DNA of 44,005 nucleotides from Myxococcota bacterium (GTDB taxonomy: Bacteria > Myxococcota_A > SURF-8 > G963663525): assembly GCA_963676915.2 (NCBI GenBank), contig CAXXVK010000051.1, positions 1 to 44,005 on the forward strand, given 5' to 3'. The notes under the pieces were generated by a model. That model was not told the DNA's origin. It worked only from the letters and a program-made list of their open reading frames with translations, and made no database searches. The translations under genes and the position numbers were made by a program. How positions within the stretch are numbered: the stretch's first letter is position 1; each line of letters opens with the position of its first letter. Positions 1 to 10,538 of the stretch are shown piece by piece.

Positions 1-101
1 TCGACACCGCCCATCTCCAGCCCTAAAGCTTCTGTATAGAATTTGGCGGCTTCATCGAGATCTTTTACCGCAACGGCGATATGATCGATTTTTTTGACCA
101 T
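1..101 (-). CDS. mce: Methylmalonyl-CoA epimerase / VOC-family protein, 5' part (runs off window)
   Basis: Manual translation from ATG at 101 gives MVKKIDHIAVAVKDLDEAAKFYTEALGLEMGGV, the typical IDHIAVAV..L.EA..FY...LG start. AAGGAG RBS at 109-114 on the minus strand. Confidence 0.75.
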   Translation of the reverse strand, partial: MVKKIDHIAVAVKDLDEAAKFYTEALGLEMGGV

Positions 102-439
102 GAGAGAACTCCTTGGAATGTCAGGGGTACGTTTTTATTAAAATAACGCTTTTCTCGAAATCCGCAACGGGTTTTTGTTCGTGAAAATCAATCGGGTAGA
201 ACATTTCATCCCGTGAGGCATGGCAAAGAGTTCTTTGAAGGTACCCCCCATTGTGGTAACATTTTTCCGAAAACTTCGTATGTTTCAAGCTTGGTTTCTT
301 ACGCTTACTCATTGTTTGAAAAACATGAAAACGTAAGAATATCAGTTTGTTGCACGATGTTCGCTTTTTCGATAAAGGCCATGACCAGGATAAAATCGAC
401 AAGAAATACGGACTTTCGCGGGCCGAAAGCATTTTTACG

Positions 440-1555
440 ATGAAATCAAATGATGCCCATCGATTCGCCGCTTTGGTGTTGATGATGGAGAAACAATGGT
501 CGGCAACACGTTTGATGCTGACCAACGTAACGAAGGTTCTGCCGGAAGACGGCGTAGTCGTCCTGCTGCTCAACGGATGCGACGAGCCTGACGCGATTCG
601 GGAGGACATCGCCCGTCTTTTTCCGCAAGTGGTGTTTCATGTCAGCCGTGAAAATCTCGGTGTGGCCGGAGGGCGGAATTTTCTGCTCGACACCCGCGAG
701 GCTCGCAAGGCCGACTATCTGTTCATTCTCGACAACGACGTACTGATCCCCGACCGCTACTTTCACGACATGATCGGCTTTCTCGACAGCCACCCGACCT
801 GCGGCGTGGCGGGACCGCTGGTGTTTCGCGCCCACCCGGAAACGCTGTATTTTTTCGAAAACGGGGCCGATTCCTCGGGCGAAGCGTTTCGCTTTACCAG
901 TTCATCGTTGGTGCGGCGATATCTTGAGGTCGGCTACCCCGCTCCGTTCTGGTTCGGTATGAACACCGACTGGAAACGGGCGTACGGCTCGACGTTGGAA
1001 GACATCCGACAGAAAGCGAACATAATTCTAGGACGCCAGCCGGGGTTTTCCATCACCCATACCACCAACCCGGATATTCTGCGCCGGATTCGTGACGGAG
1101 AAACCGCCATTGAAACCAGCAACGTATCGGGCTGTTGCATGGGCATGAAACGGACGTTGATCGACGAGATCGGCCACTTCGACGAACGGTTTCATCCCTA
1201 CGGTAACGAGGATCGGGAATTCTCGATTCGGGCGCTTAAAAGTGGCCGATCCAACTACGTTTATCCCAAAGTGGCGATGTTCCACGGTTTCGATGAACGG
1301 CAGGAGACGACTCAAGATTTCAAATCCATGAAGCAGATGATTGAAGTCGATCTGCTTTTGCGGCTTTCGGTGCTGGATGGCGCGTTCGAGCGTACGTTGT
1401 CTTTCGGAGCCTATGCGCTGTATGCTTTGATCCGTCGTGGACTGAGAGCCTTGCAGAGTCGCAACGTCGAAATTTTCACGGAAACGGTGGAGGCGATTTC
1501 CGACGCCTTGACGATTCACCGCACCCGCCGTCAGGCAGAAACGGATGCTTCTTGA
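440..1555 (+). CDS. Glycosyltransferase family 2
   Basis: GT-A motifs ENLGVAGGRN, YLFILDND, SGCCM and IGHFDERFHPYGNEDREFSIRA. Start at ATG 440 is inferred; the ORF is open from 347. Confidence 0.85.
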   Translation: MKSNDAHRFAALVLMMEKQWSATRLMLTNVTKVLPEDGVVVLLLNGCDEPDAIREDIARLFPQVVFHVSRENLGVAGGRNFLLDTREARKADYLFILDNDVLIPDRYFHDMIGFLDSHPTCGVAGPLVFRAHPETLYFFENGADSSGEAFRFTSSSLVRRYLEVGYPAPFWFGMNTDWKRAYGSTLEDIRQKANIILGRQPGFSITHTTNPDILRRIRDGETAIETSNVSGCCMGMKRTLIDEIGHFDERFHPYGNEDREFSIRALKSGRSNYVYPKVAMFHGFDERQETTQDFKSMKQMIEVDLLLRLSVLDGAFERTLSFGAYALYALIRRGLRALQSRNVEIFTETVEAISDALTIHRTRRQAETDAS

Positions 1556-2451
1556 TGTCGATGACCTCCGACAGGGAAAAAGTTTCCCGAAAAACCGTGG
1601 TTGCCGAATCCGTCAAAATGACGCGAATCGAGCCGGAACAGGCTTGGTGGAAAATCGATTTCAGAGAACTCATAAGCTTTCGCGAACTGTTCTATACCCT
1701 CGTCAAACGCGATTTCACCGTCAAGTACAAACAGACCCTGTTCGGCATTTCGTGGGCGTTGATCAAGCCGCTGTTTTCCACCTTCGTGTTCACCATGATT
1801 TTCGGAAAAATCGGCGGGCTGTCCACCGATGGCATTCCGAAACCCTTGTTTTATCTCGCCGGATTGAGCATCTGGCGTTACTTCGATCAATCGCTGGTTA
1901 TCGGTAGCGGAAGCTTGATCGGCAACCAGTTTCTGTTGACCAAAACCTACATTCCCCGACTGGTCGTTCCGATCACCAGTGTTTTCGTGGGGTTGATCGA
2001 CCTGATGATCGCCGTGCTACTGCTCGTCGCCATGGCGCTGCTATACGGCGTTCCTCTAGGCTCGACGGTCGCCTATCTGCCGCTGCTGACGCTGATGGCC
2101 GCCCTGAGCGCGCTGGGGCCGTCGTTGCTGTTTTCCGCGTTGAACGTGCAGTTTCGCGATATTCGGCAGCTTGTGCCGTTTATAGTGCAGTTCTGGATGT
2201 ACATTACCATCATTCTCCCGTATAGCGCCGTGGCGGAATACCTGGGACGATGGAAGTGGCTGTACGGCTTCAACCCGATGGCGGCGGTGGTTGAAGGCTA
2301 CCGCTGGTGTCTGTTCCACGCGCAAATGAAAGGCGCACCGGAATTTCCGCTGGAACTCCTGATTCCGGGATTGTTTTCGATGGTATTGATGCTGGCAGGC
2401 GGATTTTTCGTGTTTCGCTGCTTCGAGTCCCGCTTCGCGGATGTGGTTTGA
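1552..2451 (+). CDS. wzm: ABC-2 type polysaccharide exporter permease
   Basis: LVKRDFTVKYKQTLFGISWALIKPL, FRDIRQLVPFIVQFWMY and NPMAAVVEGYR motifs; multiple TM segments; stop overlaps the wzt start (TGATG). Confidence 0.92.
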   Translation: MMSMTSDREKVSRKTVVAESVKMTRIEPEQAWWKIDFRELISFRELFYTLVKRDFTVKYKQTLFGISWALIKPLFSTFVFTMIFGKIGGLSTDGIPKPLFYLAGLSIWRYFDQSLVIGSGSLIGNQFLLTKTYIPRLVVPITSVFVGLIDLMIAVLLLVAMALLYGVPLGSTVAYLPLLTLMAALSALGPSLLFSALNVQFRDIRQLVPFIVQFWMYITIILPYSAVAEYLGRWKWLYGFNPMAAVVEGYRWCLFHAQMKGAPEFPLELLIPGLFSMVLMLAGGFFVFRCFESRFADVV

Positions 2452-3746
2452 TGAAAGGAAATTCCTTGGCCCCGAATCTCGCCATACGTGCCGAAAACCT
2501 TGGAAAATCCTACCGTCTGGGAGAGATGCTCAACCTCACCAAGACGCTCAAGGAAACGATATCGTCTTTTGTCAAAGGTAAGAAGCCAACGGAAGCGGAC
2601 AACTCCGGGGAGCGTGCCAACGAGGATATTTTGTGGGCGCTGCGAGGGGCGAGCTTCGAGCTGTCGCCCGGTGAGAAACTGGGCATCATCGGACCCAACG
2701 GAGCGGGAAAAAGTACGCTTTTGAAGCTTTTGTGCCGAATCACGCCACCAAGTGAGGGATTCGCCGAAATCTACGGACGGGTGGCGTCGCTGTTGGAAGT
2801 CGGCACCGGCTTTCATCCCGAGTTGACCGGCCGGGAGAACATTTTTCTCAACGGTTCGATTCTCGGCATGAAACGAAAAGAGATTATGCGCAAGTTCGAC
2901 GAAATCGTTGCTTTCAGTGGTGTGGAACGATTTCTGGAGACGCCGATCAAGCGTTACAGCAGTGGAATGCGGGTGAGGCTGGGGTTTTCGGTCGCGGCAC
3001 ACCTGGACCCGGAAATCCTGATTGTGGACGAGGTGTTGGCCGTCGGAGATTCGGACTTTCGCAAGAAATGCCTGGGCAAAATGAACGATGTCTCTCGGGA
3101 AGGCCGTACGGTGCTGTTCGTCAGTCACAACATGCAGGCCATCAATACGCTGTGCGACCGCTGCCTGCTGCTCGACCATGGCCGGGTCATCATGGACGGA
3201 CCGACGGAGGAGGTCGTCAAAACCTATGCTTCGTCGGGAGATGAAAACGCCACAAAGTCCAGCATTCGTTACGAAAAAGATTCGCCGAATCCTCACTGGA
3301 TTCAGTCGGTTTCGCTACGGCTGGAAAACGGTCGGGTCGCGGATCGTCCGATCGATACGAAAGAAAACGTCTCTCTCGTTATCGAGTTCGGACATCGGCA
3401 ACCGCCGGAACGACCGTTGTACGGAGCGTTTTATATTTCGGATGCTTTGCACCAACCGATTTTCTTTTCCGATAGCAGGGACCATGCCGATTCGTGGCAA
3501 CCGGGTAGCGAAGAACGCGAAGTGGATTCTTTTTGCATCCAATGGCGTGATTTGGCACTCGCTCCGGGACTGTATCACGTGACGGTCGGCCTCAACGAAG
3601 AAGTCGGTGGACAGATGGACCTGAAAGAAAAAGCCCTTTCGTTCGAAATCGTCGACCTTCACGGGCACCGACAGGATCGACCGGGATATTTTTATCGAGA
3701 ACTTCCCTGGCAGGATTGGAAAGAAAAGGAAAACGGCGAATCGTAA
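2451..3746 (+). CDS. wzt: Polysaccharide ABC exporter ATP-binding protein with C-terminal Wzt_C-type extension
   Basis: Walker A GPNGAGKST, LLEVGTGFHPELTGREN, YSSGMRVRLGF and DEVLAVGD; ~170-aa C-terminal extension. Confidence 0.93.
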   Translation: MKGNSLAPNLAIRAENLGKSYRLGEMLNLTKTLKETISSFVKGKKPTEADNSGERANEDILWALRGASFELSPGEKLGIIGPNGAGKSTLLKLLCRITPPSEGFAEIYGRVASLLEVGTGFHPELTGRENIFLNGSILGMKRKEIMRKFDEIVAFSGVERFLETPIKRYSSGMRVRLGFSVAAHLDPEILIVDEVLAVGDSDFRKKCLGKMNDVSREGRTVLFVSHNMQAINTLCDRCLLLDHGRVIMDGPTEEVVKTYASSGDENATKSSIRYEKDSPNPHWIQSVSLRLENGRVADRPIDTKENVSLVIEFGHRQPPERPLYGAFYISDALHQPIFFSDSRDHADSWQPGSEEREVDSFCIQWRDLALAPGLYHVTVGLNEEVGGQMDLKEKALSFEIVDLHGHRQDRPGYFYRELPWQDWKEKENGES

Positions 3747-3756
3747 GCCGTTTTCC

Positions 3757-4902
3757 GTGATCAAAGGAAACAACGTGTCTTCCGACGTAAAACCCCATTT
3801 TGCGCGCATGAGTCTTTCTCGCGATCCCATGATGTCGCTTAGCGAGAAACAAATCGAGGCAATTCGACGTTTCGATGAAAAAATGAAAAACGGAACGTAT
3901 CGCATGGTGGATGTGGCCTCCATGAGTGGCACTTCCCCCACGTCGTCGGATGCTATGCTGTTAGCCACAGCAGACCGCTATGGGTTGCCCATCGCCACGG
4001 CAATCGACAAAACGTCGGGCCTGGTCTGGGAAAACCGGTGCTTGGACGAAAAAAGCCTGAAGCGTTTTTATCAAGATGATTACCGAGCCATTTACAAAGA
4101 CTGGTTCAGTCCGTCCGCTGCATTGAATTTTACCTATTTGGAACAGATTCGCAGAGGATTGAACTACTTCGACTGGATCGCACGGCAGGACATTGCGCCG
4201 CTGGATTCGTCGAGTGTGTTTTTCGACGTTGGATGCGGCTTGGGAGGCATCGTTCAGGCGTTTTCTCTAGCGGGAGCGGGAACGTGCATCGGCGTGGACT
4301 ACGGAAAAGAGTTTCTGGAATTCGGTCGTTCCAAAGGTCTGACGCTTCTGGAAGGATCTCTCGAAGAGCTGGAATCCCACGCCCCAGCGGATGTAATCGT
4401 GCTTTCCCACGTGCTCGAACACGTACCGGACGTGATCGGGTTTTTATCGAAGGTACGAGAATTGTTGAAAGATTCGGGAGTGCTGTTCGTCTCCGTCCCC
4501 GGAATTATCAATATGGAAGCCTACAACAACGACTTCCAATTTTACTTGCAAAATGCCCATTTGCACCACTTTTGCAAAGATACGCTGGCGGCGGTAGCCA
4601 GTCGCTGCGGACTCGAAGTCATTGCGGCGGACGAACAGGTTCGGATGCTGTTGCGAAAAAACGACGCTCTGGAAGCGATCCCGTGGAATCCCGAGTGCTT
4701 TGAGCGCATCCTGCGATACCTGGAAAAATGCGAGGAGATCGTAGAATATCCCGACGCGCTGTATCCCGTGAAGGTCGAGGGGCGGTTCAGCCGTATCCGA
4801 ATGCTCAATCGCATGTTGGACGCTAAAAATATGAGACTCATTCGTTTCAACGACCAACAACGGGATTTGCTGTCTAAACTCTTGAAACCGTTCAGGTTGT
4901 AA
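3757..4902 (+). CDS. Class I SAM-dependent methyltransferase
   Basis: FFDVGCGLG motif I; ADVIVLSHVLEHVPD; GVLFVSVP. Confidence 0.88.
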   Translation: MIKGNNVSSDVKPHFARMSLSRDPMMSLSEKQIEAIRRFDEKMKNGTYRMVDVASMSGTSPTSSDAMLLATADRYGLPIATAIDKTSGLVWENRCLDEKSLKRFYQDDYRAIYKDWFSPSAALNFTYLEQIRRGLNYFDWIARQDIAPLDSSSVFFDVGCGLGGIVQAFSLAGAGTCIGVDYGKEFLEFGRSKGLTLLEGSLEELESHAPADVIVLSHVLEHVPDVIGFLSKVRELLKDSGVLFVSVPGIINMEAYNNDFQFYLQNAHLHHFCKDTLAAVASRCGLEVIAADEQVRMLLRKNDALEAIPWNPECFERILRYLEKCEEIVEYPDALYPVKVEGRFSRIRMLNRMLDAKNMRLIRFNDQQRDLLSKLLKPFRL

Positions 4903-4905
4903 CCC

Positions 4906-6159
4906 ATGAGGATCGTTCACTTTTCCACGACAGGACTTGCGGGGCAGCCCATTTCCATCGTTCGGGCTTTGCAACGTCATACCGATTGGGACGTTCATCT
5001 GGTAACGTTGGAAGTCAACGAAACTTTTTCCAACGATCTGGCGTTTTCCCGCGATCGGGAACAGGTGCTGGAACTTGCCGACAAGGCGGATATCATCCAC
5101 CTTCACAGTTACCTCGATCTGGCATCCACCGAATTTCATCCCATCGATTTTTCTCAATTGAAACAAAATGGTACCACCATCATTCGGCAGTTTCACAGCG
5201 TACCTTCGTTGATTTCCCACGTGACCGGCTGGGACGAGAAACGGATTCATTCTCAAGAGATTCCAAGCCTTTGCATCGCGCAGGCACCGGAGCGCTATTA
5301 TCCCTATGCAAGGGTGGTTCCTCTGGTACTTCCCTGCGACGATCCGTTGTACCGTCCTCTAAAAACGTTTCAGCCGGAAGTGGATTTGCTATTCTGCGCC
5401 AGTATCGGACGTGTGGCCTGGAAACATCGCTGGTGGACCAAGGGATTGCCCGAAACACGCTATCTGTTGCAACGCCTGGAAAAACGAACCGGATGCCGGT
5501 GGCAGATCATTCAAAACATGCCACTGAGCCAGGTCATGGAACGCAAACGGGTGTCACGCATCGTACTGGAAGAGATGGTCACCGGAACCTACCATCAAAA
5601 CGGGTTGGAAGGTTTGTGTCTGGGGCGTCCCACCTTGGCCTATCTGGATGCCCGCACCGAGCGGGTGATGCGAGAAATCAGCGGAAGCAGCTCGACGCCG
5701 TTCGTAAATTGTTCTATCGAACGAGCGTATCACGTGTTGAAAGATCTGCTGAATGAGCCGGAACTCTGTGAGGAAGTGGGCCAAAGCGGTCGAGCCTGGA
5801 TGGATCGCTATTGGAACGAAAAAGCGACGGCAAGCCATTTCATCGACACTTATAAAACCTTGCTCGACGATCCGACGAAGATCGTGCGCCAACCCGCGTT
5901 ATCGCTGGAAAGTAGCGAGAAAACCTATGTCGCGGTGACATTGCCGGATCTCGACTGGCAGGCACGGAAAAAAGCCTATTGGGCTACGCTCCCGTTACAT
6001 GGAAAATGGCATTTCTGGTCCACTCGGCAATACGAACGAATGCGCACCGTGTTGAGACTGATTCATTACAATGTAACGCAATATGTACCGGATTGGCTCA
6101 AAGATCCGATCAAGCAACGGTTGGGGATTCCAACGTCGAAAGAACAAAAACGCCAATGA
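4906..6159 (+). CDS. Putative GT-B fold glycosyltransferase-like protein
   Basis: MRIVHFS start, ADIIHLH, and a C-terminus with GLEGLCLGRPTL...EVGQSGRAWMDRYW resembling GT4-like proteins; lies inside the glycan cluster. Confidence 0.6.
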   Translation: MRIVHFSTTGLAGQPISIVRALQRHTDWDVHLVTLEVNETFSNDLAFSRDREQVLELADKADIIHLHSYLDLASTEFHPIDFSQLKQNGTTIIRQFHSVPSLISHVTGWDEKRIHSQEIPSLCIAQAPERYYPYARVVPLVLPCDDPLYRPLKTFQPEVDLLFCASIGRVAWKHRWWTKGLPETRYLLQRLEKRTGCRWQIIQNMPLSQVMERKRVSRIVLEEMVTGTYHQNGLEGLCLGRPTLAYLDARTERVMREISGSSSTPFVNCSIERAYHVLKDLLNEPELCEEVGQSGRAWMDRYWNEKATASHFIDTYKTLLDDPTKIVRQPALSLESSEKTYVAVTLPDLDWQARKKAYWATLPLHGKWHFWSTRQYERMRTVLRLIHYNVTQYVPDWLKDPIKQRLGIPTSKEQKRQ

Positions 6160-7253
6160 AACCGAACCGTGACAATCAAGCGCCGACGGTCAGCGTCGTG
6201 ATCCCGGTGCGGAACGAACAACGCTATGTGGCCGAAGCGCTGGACAGCATTCTCAAACAGACGTTTGACGATTTCGAAGTGATCGTCATCGACGACGCCT
6301 CGGATGATGAAACCCCGCAGATTCTAGCCAATTACACAGATCCTCGCGTCCGTATCAAGACGAATCCGCAGGCTATGGGTGTCGGTGGTGCGTTGAATGC
6401 GGGGCTGGCACTTGCTCGCGGAACATACATTGCGAGAATGGATGCCGACGACATCGCCAAGCCGCAACGTCTGGAAAAACAGGTGGCGTTTTTGGAGCGG
6501 CATCCCGACATTGGGCTGGTATCGTCGAATACCTGCATCATCGATGAAAACGGAACGCTTCAGGAAGAAATCTATCCCGGTCGCGGTTTTGCACCCGCAG
6601 CGCTGCGCTGGGAGTTGTTCTGGTCTTTTCCCATCGTGCACCCAACGGTGATGATGCGTGCCGACCTGCTGAAAAGCGTGGGGGGCTATCCTCCCAATCG
6701 GGTCGCAGAAGATTACGCCCTGTGGATGACGTTGCGAAATGTCACGAATTTTCAGGTTTTGGACGCCGTGCATCTATCCTACAGGCGCCATTCCAACCGG
6801 GTGACGGACACCAACCGCAGCCCTTTGACCACTTGTATGTTGCGCAGCACACGCGAAACGCTCGAACAGTTCGTTTCGGATGTTCCGCCGGATTCCGTCC
6901 TGATGCTGGCCAAGCGGATGCGTCCCGACGCGCCGACAAACGAAGAAATCCATGCCTGCTGTTCCCTGCTGATTCAGGTCTATCGGGCCATGCGTGCGAA
7001 GGAAAATTTTTCCGGCAAAGATCTGGAACAAATACGGCACCTTGCGGGGGATCGATTGATAAGCATCCTGGAACGATACAAATCCATGGATCGTCGAACG
7101 CGGCTGATGGTCTATCGTCACCTGTTTCAGATGCGACCGGAACCGGATCTGGTTCGGCGGTCAATCAAAGATGTTTCACGGACGCTGCTTGGAGAAAGAA
7201 TCTGGCGACTTTTACGCATCGTCTTGAAACGAAATCGTCCCGACCCTCCATGA
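6156..7253 (+). CDS. Glycosyltransferase family 2
   Basis: VSVVIPVRNEQRYVAEALDSILKQT, IDDASDD, YIARMDADD, RLEKQVAFL and AEDYALW. ATG 6156 overlaps the upstream stop. Confidence 0.93.
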   Translation: MKPNRDNQAPTVSVVIPVRNEQRYVAEALDSILKQTFDDFEVIVIDDASDDETPQILANYTDPRVRIKTNPQAMGVGGALNAGLALARGTYIARMDADDIAKPQRLEKQVAFLERHPDIGLVSSNTCIIDENGTLQEEIYPGRGFAPAALRWELFWSFPIVHPTVMMRADLLKSVGGYPPNRVAEDYALWMTLRNVTNFQVLDAVHLSYRRHSNRVTDTNRSPLTTCMLRSTRETLEQFVSDVPPDSVLMLAKRMRPDAPTNEEIHACCSLLIQVYRAMRAKENFSGKDLEQIRHLAGDRLISILERYKSMDRRTRLMVYRHLFQMRPEPDLVRRSIKDVSRTLLGERIWRLLRIVLKRNRPDPP

Positions 7254-7382
7254 TGTCCTATCTTTACAGACCTTTTACGATTTGTTAAGAATCACTATAC
7301 CGAATCCGAGATTCCGTTGTCTATCGAAAGCTTGGGAGCGGTTGAACGCACGACAAAGGGATTTTCGAGGAGAATTCGTACC

Positions 7383-8477
7383 ATGCAGTTCAGAAACAGC
7401 CGACCGCTTCCAACCGTTCTTCGGAAAATATCCCATGCGCCCGGTCGATTGCGACGCGAGGCGGCTTCGTTGCGCGGACGCGTGGATCGCCGTTTGCGAA
7501 AAGATTTCGACCGCTATTCCGAGCTGGCCTGGGAGCGTCTCCACGGCGTTCCGTTGATCAAAAACGTGCAGATTCAAACGCATTCGATCTGCAATGCCAA
7601 CTGTGTTTTCTGTCCGTACATCGAAAGCTGGCACCGAAAACACCCCGGAAAAATGACCGAAGAACTTTTCGACAAAGTGCTGGAGGATCTTTCCCCCTTC
7701 GCCATGGGTATCAATCGCGGCAAGGTCGCCCCGTACCTGATGCAGGAACCTTTGCTGGACAAGAAGATTTTTTCGCGCATCGAGAAAATCTACCGGACGT
7801 TTCCCGATACGATGGTCGAAATCAGCACCAACGGAATCGCGTTGAACGAAGCGACGGCGGAAAAACTCATCGATCTGTTTGCCCACCGTCGGCACCAGAT
7901 CTGGCTTTCGCATCATGGTATCGACAAGGAATCCATGAGCGGCATTATGAAAATCGACTACGACAAAGCCACGAGGAATCTGCTGAATTTCGTCAAGCGC
8001 TGCGACGGTCGTTTGAAACTTCAGATTCGTGGTGCCGGAGAAAGCCGGGGAGGCGGAAAGCTTTATTTCACACGCGATCAGTACGTGAACTACTGGCGTA
8101 GGATTTTTGAGAACGAGGGCATCAACATGAACAATGTTCATCTCAATGCTTTCACCTATCACGACCGCGCCGGGACGATTTTCCGCGAGGAACGCAACGC
8201 CAACAGCAACAATCGCGGAGTTATCCGGGTCATCGATCGCCAGCATCCGTTTTATTGTACGCGGGTGGACGAGTGGATTCATATCATGTACGACGGCACC
8301 TTGCGCCTGTGCTGCATGGACTATCACGCCGAGGTTCCGTTACCCAACCTAAACGACATGACGGTTATGGAATACCTGAAAAGCCCAGAATTTCAACAGG
8401 TTCGGGACATGGTAGAGGGGCGGCGAGAGTCGCCGGAGAATTTTATCTGCAAACGCTGCACGTCTCCCGGAGGATGA
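7383..8477 (+). CDS. Radical SAM protein with SPASM/twitch domain
   Basis: CNANCVFC (CX3CX2C), EISTNG, and C-terminal C...IMYDGTLRLCCMD...ICKRC. Start uncertain (7317 or 7383). Confidence 0.88.
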   Translation: MQFRNSRPLPTVLRKISHAPGRLRREAASLRGRVDRRLRKDFDRYSELAWERLHGVPLIKNVQIQTHSICNANCVFCPYIESWHRKHPGKMTEELFDKVLEDLSPFAMGINRGKVAPYLMQEPLLDKKIFSRIEKIYRTFPDTMVEISTNGIALNEATAEKLIDLFAHRRHQIWLSHHGIDKESMSGIMKIDYDKATRNLLNFVKRCDGRLKLQIRGAGESRGGGKLYFTRDQYVNYWRRIFENEGINMNNVHLNAFTYHDRAGTIFREERNANSNNRGVIRVIDRQHPFYCTRVDEWIHIMYDGTLRLCCMDYHAEVPLPNLNDMTVMEYLKSPEFQQVRDMVEGRRESPENFICKRCTSPGG

Positions 8478-8498
8478 TGGGAAACGAAAGAGGAATAC

Positions 8499-9392
8499 AT
8501 GCCGGTTGCAAAACGATTGTCCGATCTTTTTCCCTATCACGAACTGAGGGAAAACGGCTATTACGGCCACGGGAAAATTCTTCGTGAGTACGCCGGAGTT
8601 CGCCTGCCGTATCGTATCAACGGCAGCATTCAACACGGCTGGCACGAAGGAGCGGGGATATACTCGGCCCCGGAAAAAGACACCGACGAGCTGTTCGGGA
8701 AACGTTATTACGTGTGGACCACGGACAACGTATTGGCGGCGCGCGAACGGGGATTCCGCAATGTGGTCGCTTTGGGGGCACCTTTTATCTACATGCCTCC
8801 GATGCCGTGCATCGAGCCGAAACCCTCGAGCCTGATCCTCTTTCTCGGTCACGGCAGCGAATGGGAACCTCTGAACGATCCCATCGCCGATTACCGGCGC
8901 TTTTTCGAAACCCATGCAGAAATCCTGGCGGGATTTTCCAACGTCACGATTTCCTTGTATTGGCTGGAATACGAAAACAAAGACCTCGTCCGATACCTCG
9001 AACGTCTGGGACTGAAAGTCGTCACGATGGGTCATCGGGATAACAATCCGGCGTTTTTAGACAACTTCCGCCGCCACGTATCCGAGCATGAGTTTTTCGG
9101 ATCGAATTATTATTTCACCGCGACGTTTTACGCGCTTCACATGGGAATGAAAACTTTTGTACTGCCAAGCGATTTTGACTTGAACTGGAGCGATTTTCGT
9201 CCCCGGATGGACGCAGTGCAGGAAACGATGATCGAACGCTATCCGCAACTGCTGTATTCCAATTTCAACGGGGAGTGCCACCGCTGGATTTCCGATTACG
9301 AATTGGGTGTGGAATACAAGCGCAGTCCCAAAGATTTGCGCAGAATGTTCGAGTGGTCGCCCCGAGTTTCGCGAAGGATCTCTCGTCCCTGA
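8499..9392 (+). CDS. Hypothetical protein, last gene of the glycan cluster
   Basis: 297-aa ORF co-oriented with the cluster, GAGG RBS, genome-like codon usage; no motif confidently recognised. Confidence 0.6.
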   Translation: MPVAKRLSDLFPYHELRENGYYGHGKILREYAGVRLPYRINGSIQHGWHEGAGIYSAPEKDTDELFGKRYYVWTTDNVLAARERGFRNVVALGAPFIYMPPMPCIEPKPSSLILFLGHGSEWEPLNDPIADYRRFFETHAEILAGFSNVTISLYWLEYENKDLVRYLERLGLKVVTMGHRDNNPAFLDNFRRHVSEHEFFGSNYYFTATFYALHMGMKTFVLPSDFDLNWSDFRPRMDAVQETMIERYPQLLYSNFNGECHRWISDYELGVEYKRSPKDLRRMFEWSPRVSRRISRP

Positions 9393-9480
9393 TGCAAACT
9401 TCACCACAAAAAGCCCGAAAAGCTCTTTCCCGTGCCAAAAGACGAGTATTGCATCGTTCGTAAAGACGGAAATCGTTGAT

Positions 9481-9513
9481 AAAAAACGGCCCTTCGAAAA
9501 ACCGAAGGGCCGT
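9481..9513 (-). terminator. Intrinsic terminator (possibly bidirectional)
   Basis: ACGGCCCTTCG-aaaaac-CGAAGGGCCGT 11-bp stem with an A-tract on its left (U-tract on minus), just past the stop of the 9542-10153 gene. Confidence 0.75.
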
Positions 9514-9541
9514 GAATGTCACACGAATCCAAACCGAAAAA

Positions 9542-10153
9542 TCAATCCCCTTCCCAACGTGTGGTGGTGGGATAGTTGTAAATGATTTCCGTGGAATTGA
9601 ACGTCAGAGTGATCTTTTTGGGAACAGCGTCGAGTTTGGCAAAATGCGCCTTGAATTCCTGCGATTCTCCCGGACGCAGCAGTTTGATACCGATTACCAC
9701 GCCATCGCCTTCACCGACGGTAAAAACCAGATCGGTGAACGTGAGCGATGTGGGGTTGAGGATTTCACCGGTGACATCCATACCCGAATCCGTTTTGACG
9801 GCTTGAAGATTGACGACACCGAACAAGTGCCCCAGAGGCGAATAGCCAGGCGACGGGAGCGCAATGATTTCTCGCATCGGCTGGTTGAGTTTTTGGTTGC
9901 GGGTTTCTTCGAGACGTTTCGATAATGATCCCACCGACTGCTGGATGCTTACAACGGCCATTGTGTTTTCGTTGATAGTGTCTTTCATCTTCGATTGAAT
10001 CACCAATGCAAAGATGACAAGCAGCAATATCACCAATATTGCGGTGATCGGGTTGGTTTCCCCCAGACTGAAAAAGTACCGAATCCAACCTACTTTTTCT
10101 TTGTCCACCGTTCGAGTGTTGTTCACAATGGTTTTTTTGTCTTGATCGGACAT
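9542..10153 (-). CDS. Hypothetical bitopic membrane protein (TM, coiled coil, beta-rich C-terminal domain)
   Basis: Start MSDQDKK at 10153 behind GAAAGGA; TM segment ITAILVILLLVIFALVI; C-terminal VTGEILNPT...LRPGESQEF; followed by a terminator. Confidence 0.65.
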   Translation of the reverse strand: MSDQDKKTIVNNTRTVDKEKVGWIRYFFSLGETNPITAILVILLLVIFALVIQSKMKDTINENTMAVVSIQQSVGSLSKRLEETRNQKLNQPMREIIALPSPGYSPLGHLFGVVNLQAVKTDSGMDVTGEILNPTSLTFTDLVFTVGEGDGVVIGIKLLRPGESQEFKAHFAKLDAVPKKITLTFNSTEIIYNYPTTTRWEGD

Positions 10154-10538
10154 GACATCATCCTTTCCCCCACGGGACAAAAAATATTGGCAAATCGAAG
10201 GAAAACACCTTCGCGACGAAAAATCGATGGTCGATGCACATGTTGTGTTGTTTCCGGAAGTCCTCTTCAAGTATATAAGTATTCTTTGGATTTGCAAGAA
10301 TTTCGCATTAATCCCCACAGAACATACTTTACTGAAAGAGCCATCAATCGAAAATTTTCATTCGGAGCGGAAACGTAACCCTGTTTTTCCATGTAAAAAC
10401 ACGTTTTTCTGTTCCTCCCACGAAATTGACATCGGGAAAACGGCGGTGGTATCCTACACTCTCTTTTTGTGGAATTTCGCAGCGTCGAATCTTCACCGAA
10501 TTATCGAAAATGGGGGGATTTTTTGAAACGAGGAAACC

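Noticed and set aside
121-443. ORFs 121-609 (-) and 213-443 (+) as genes
   Set aside because: AT-rich region between divergent mce and GT2 genes; no motifs or RBS.
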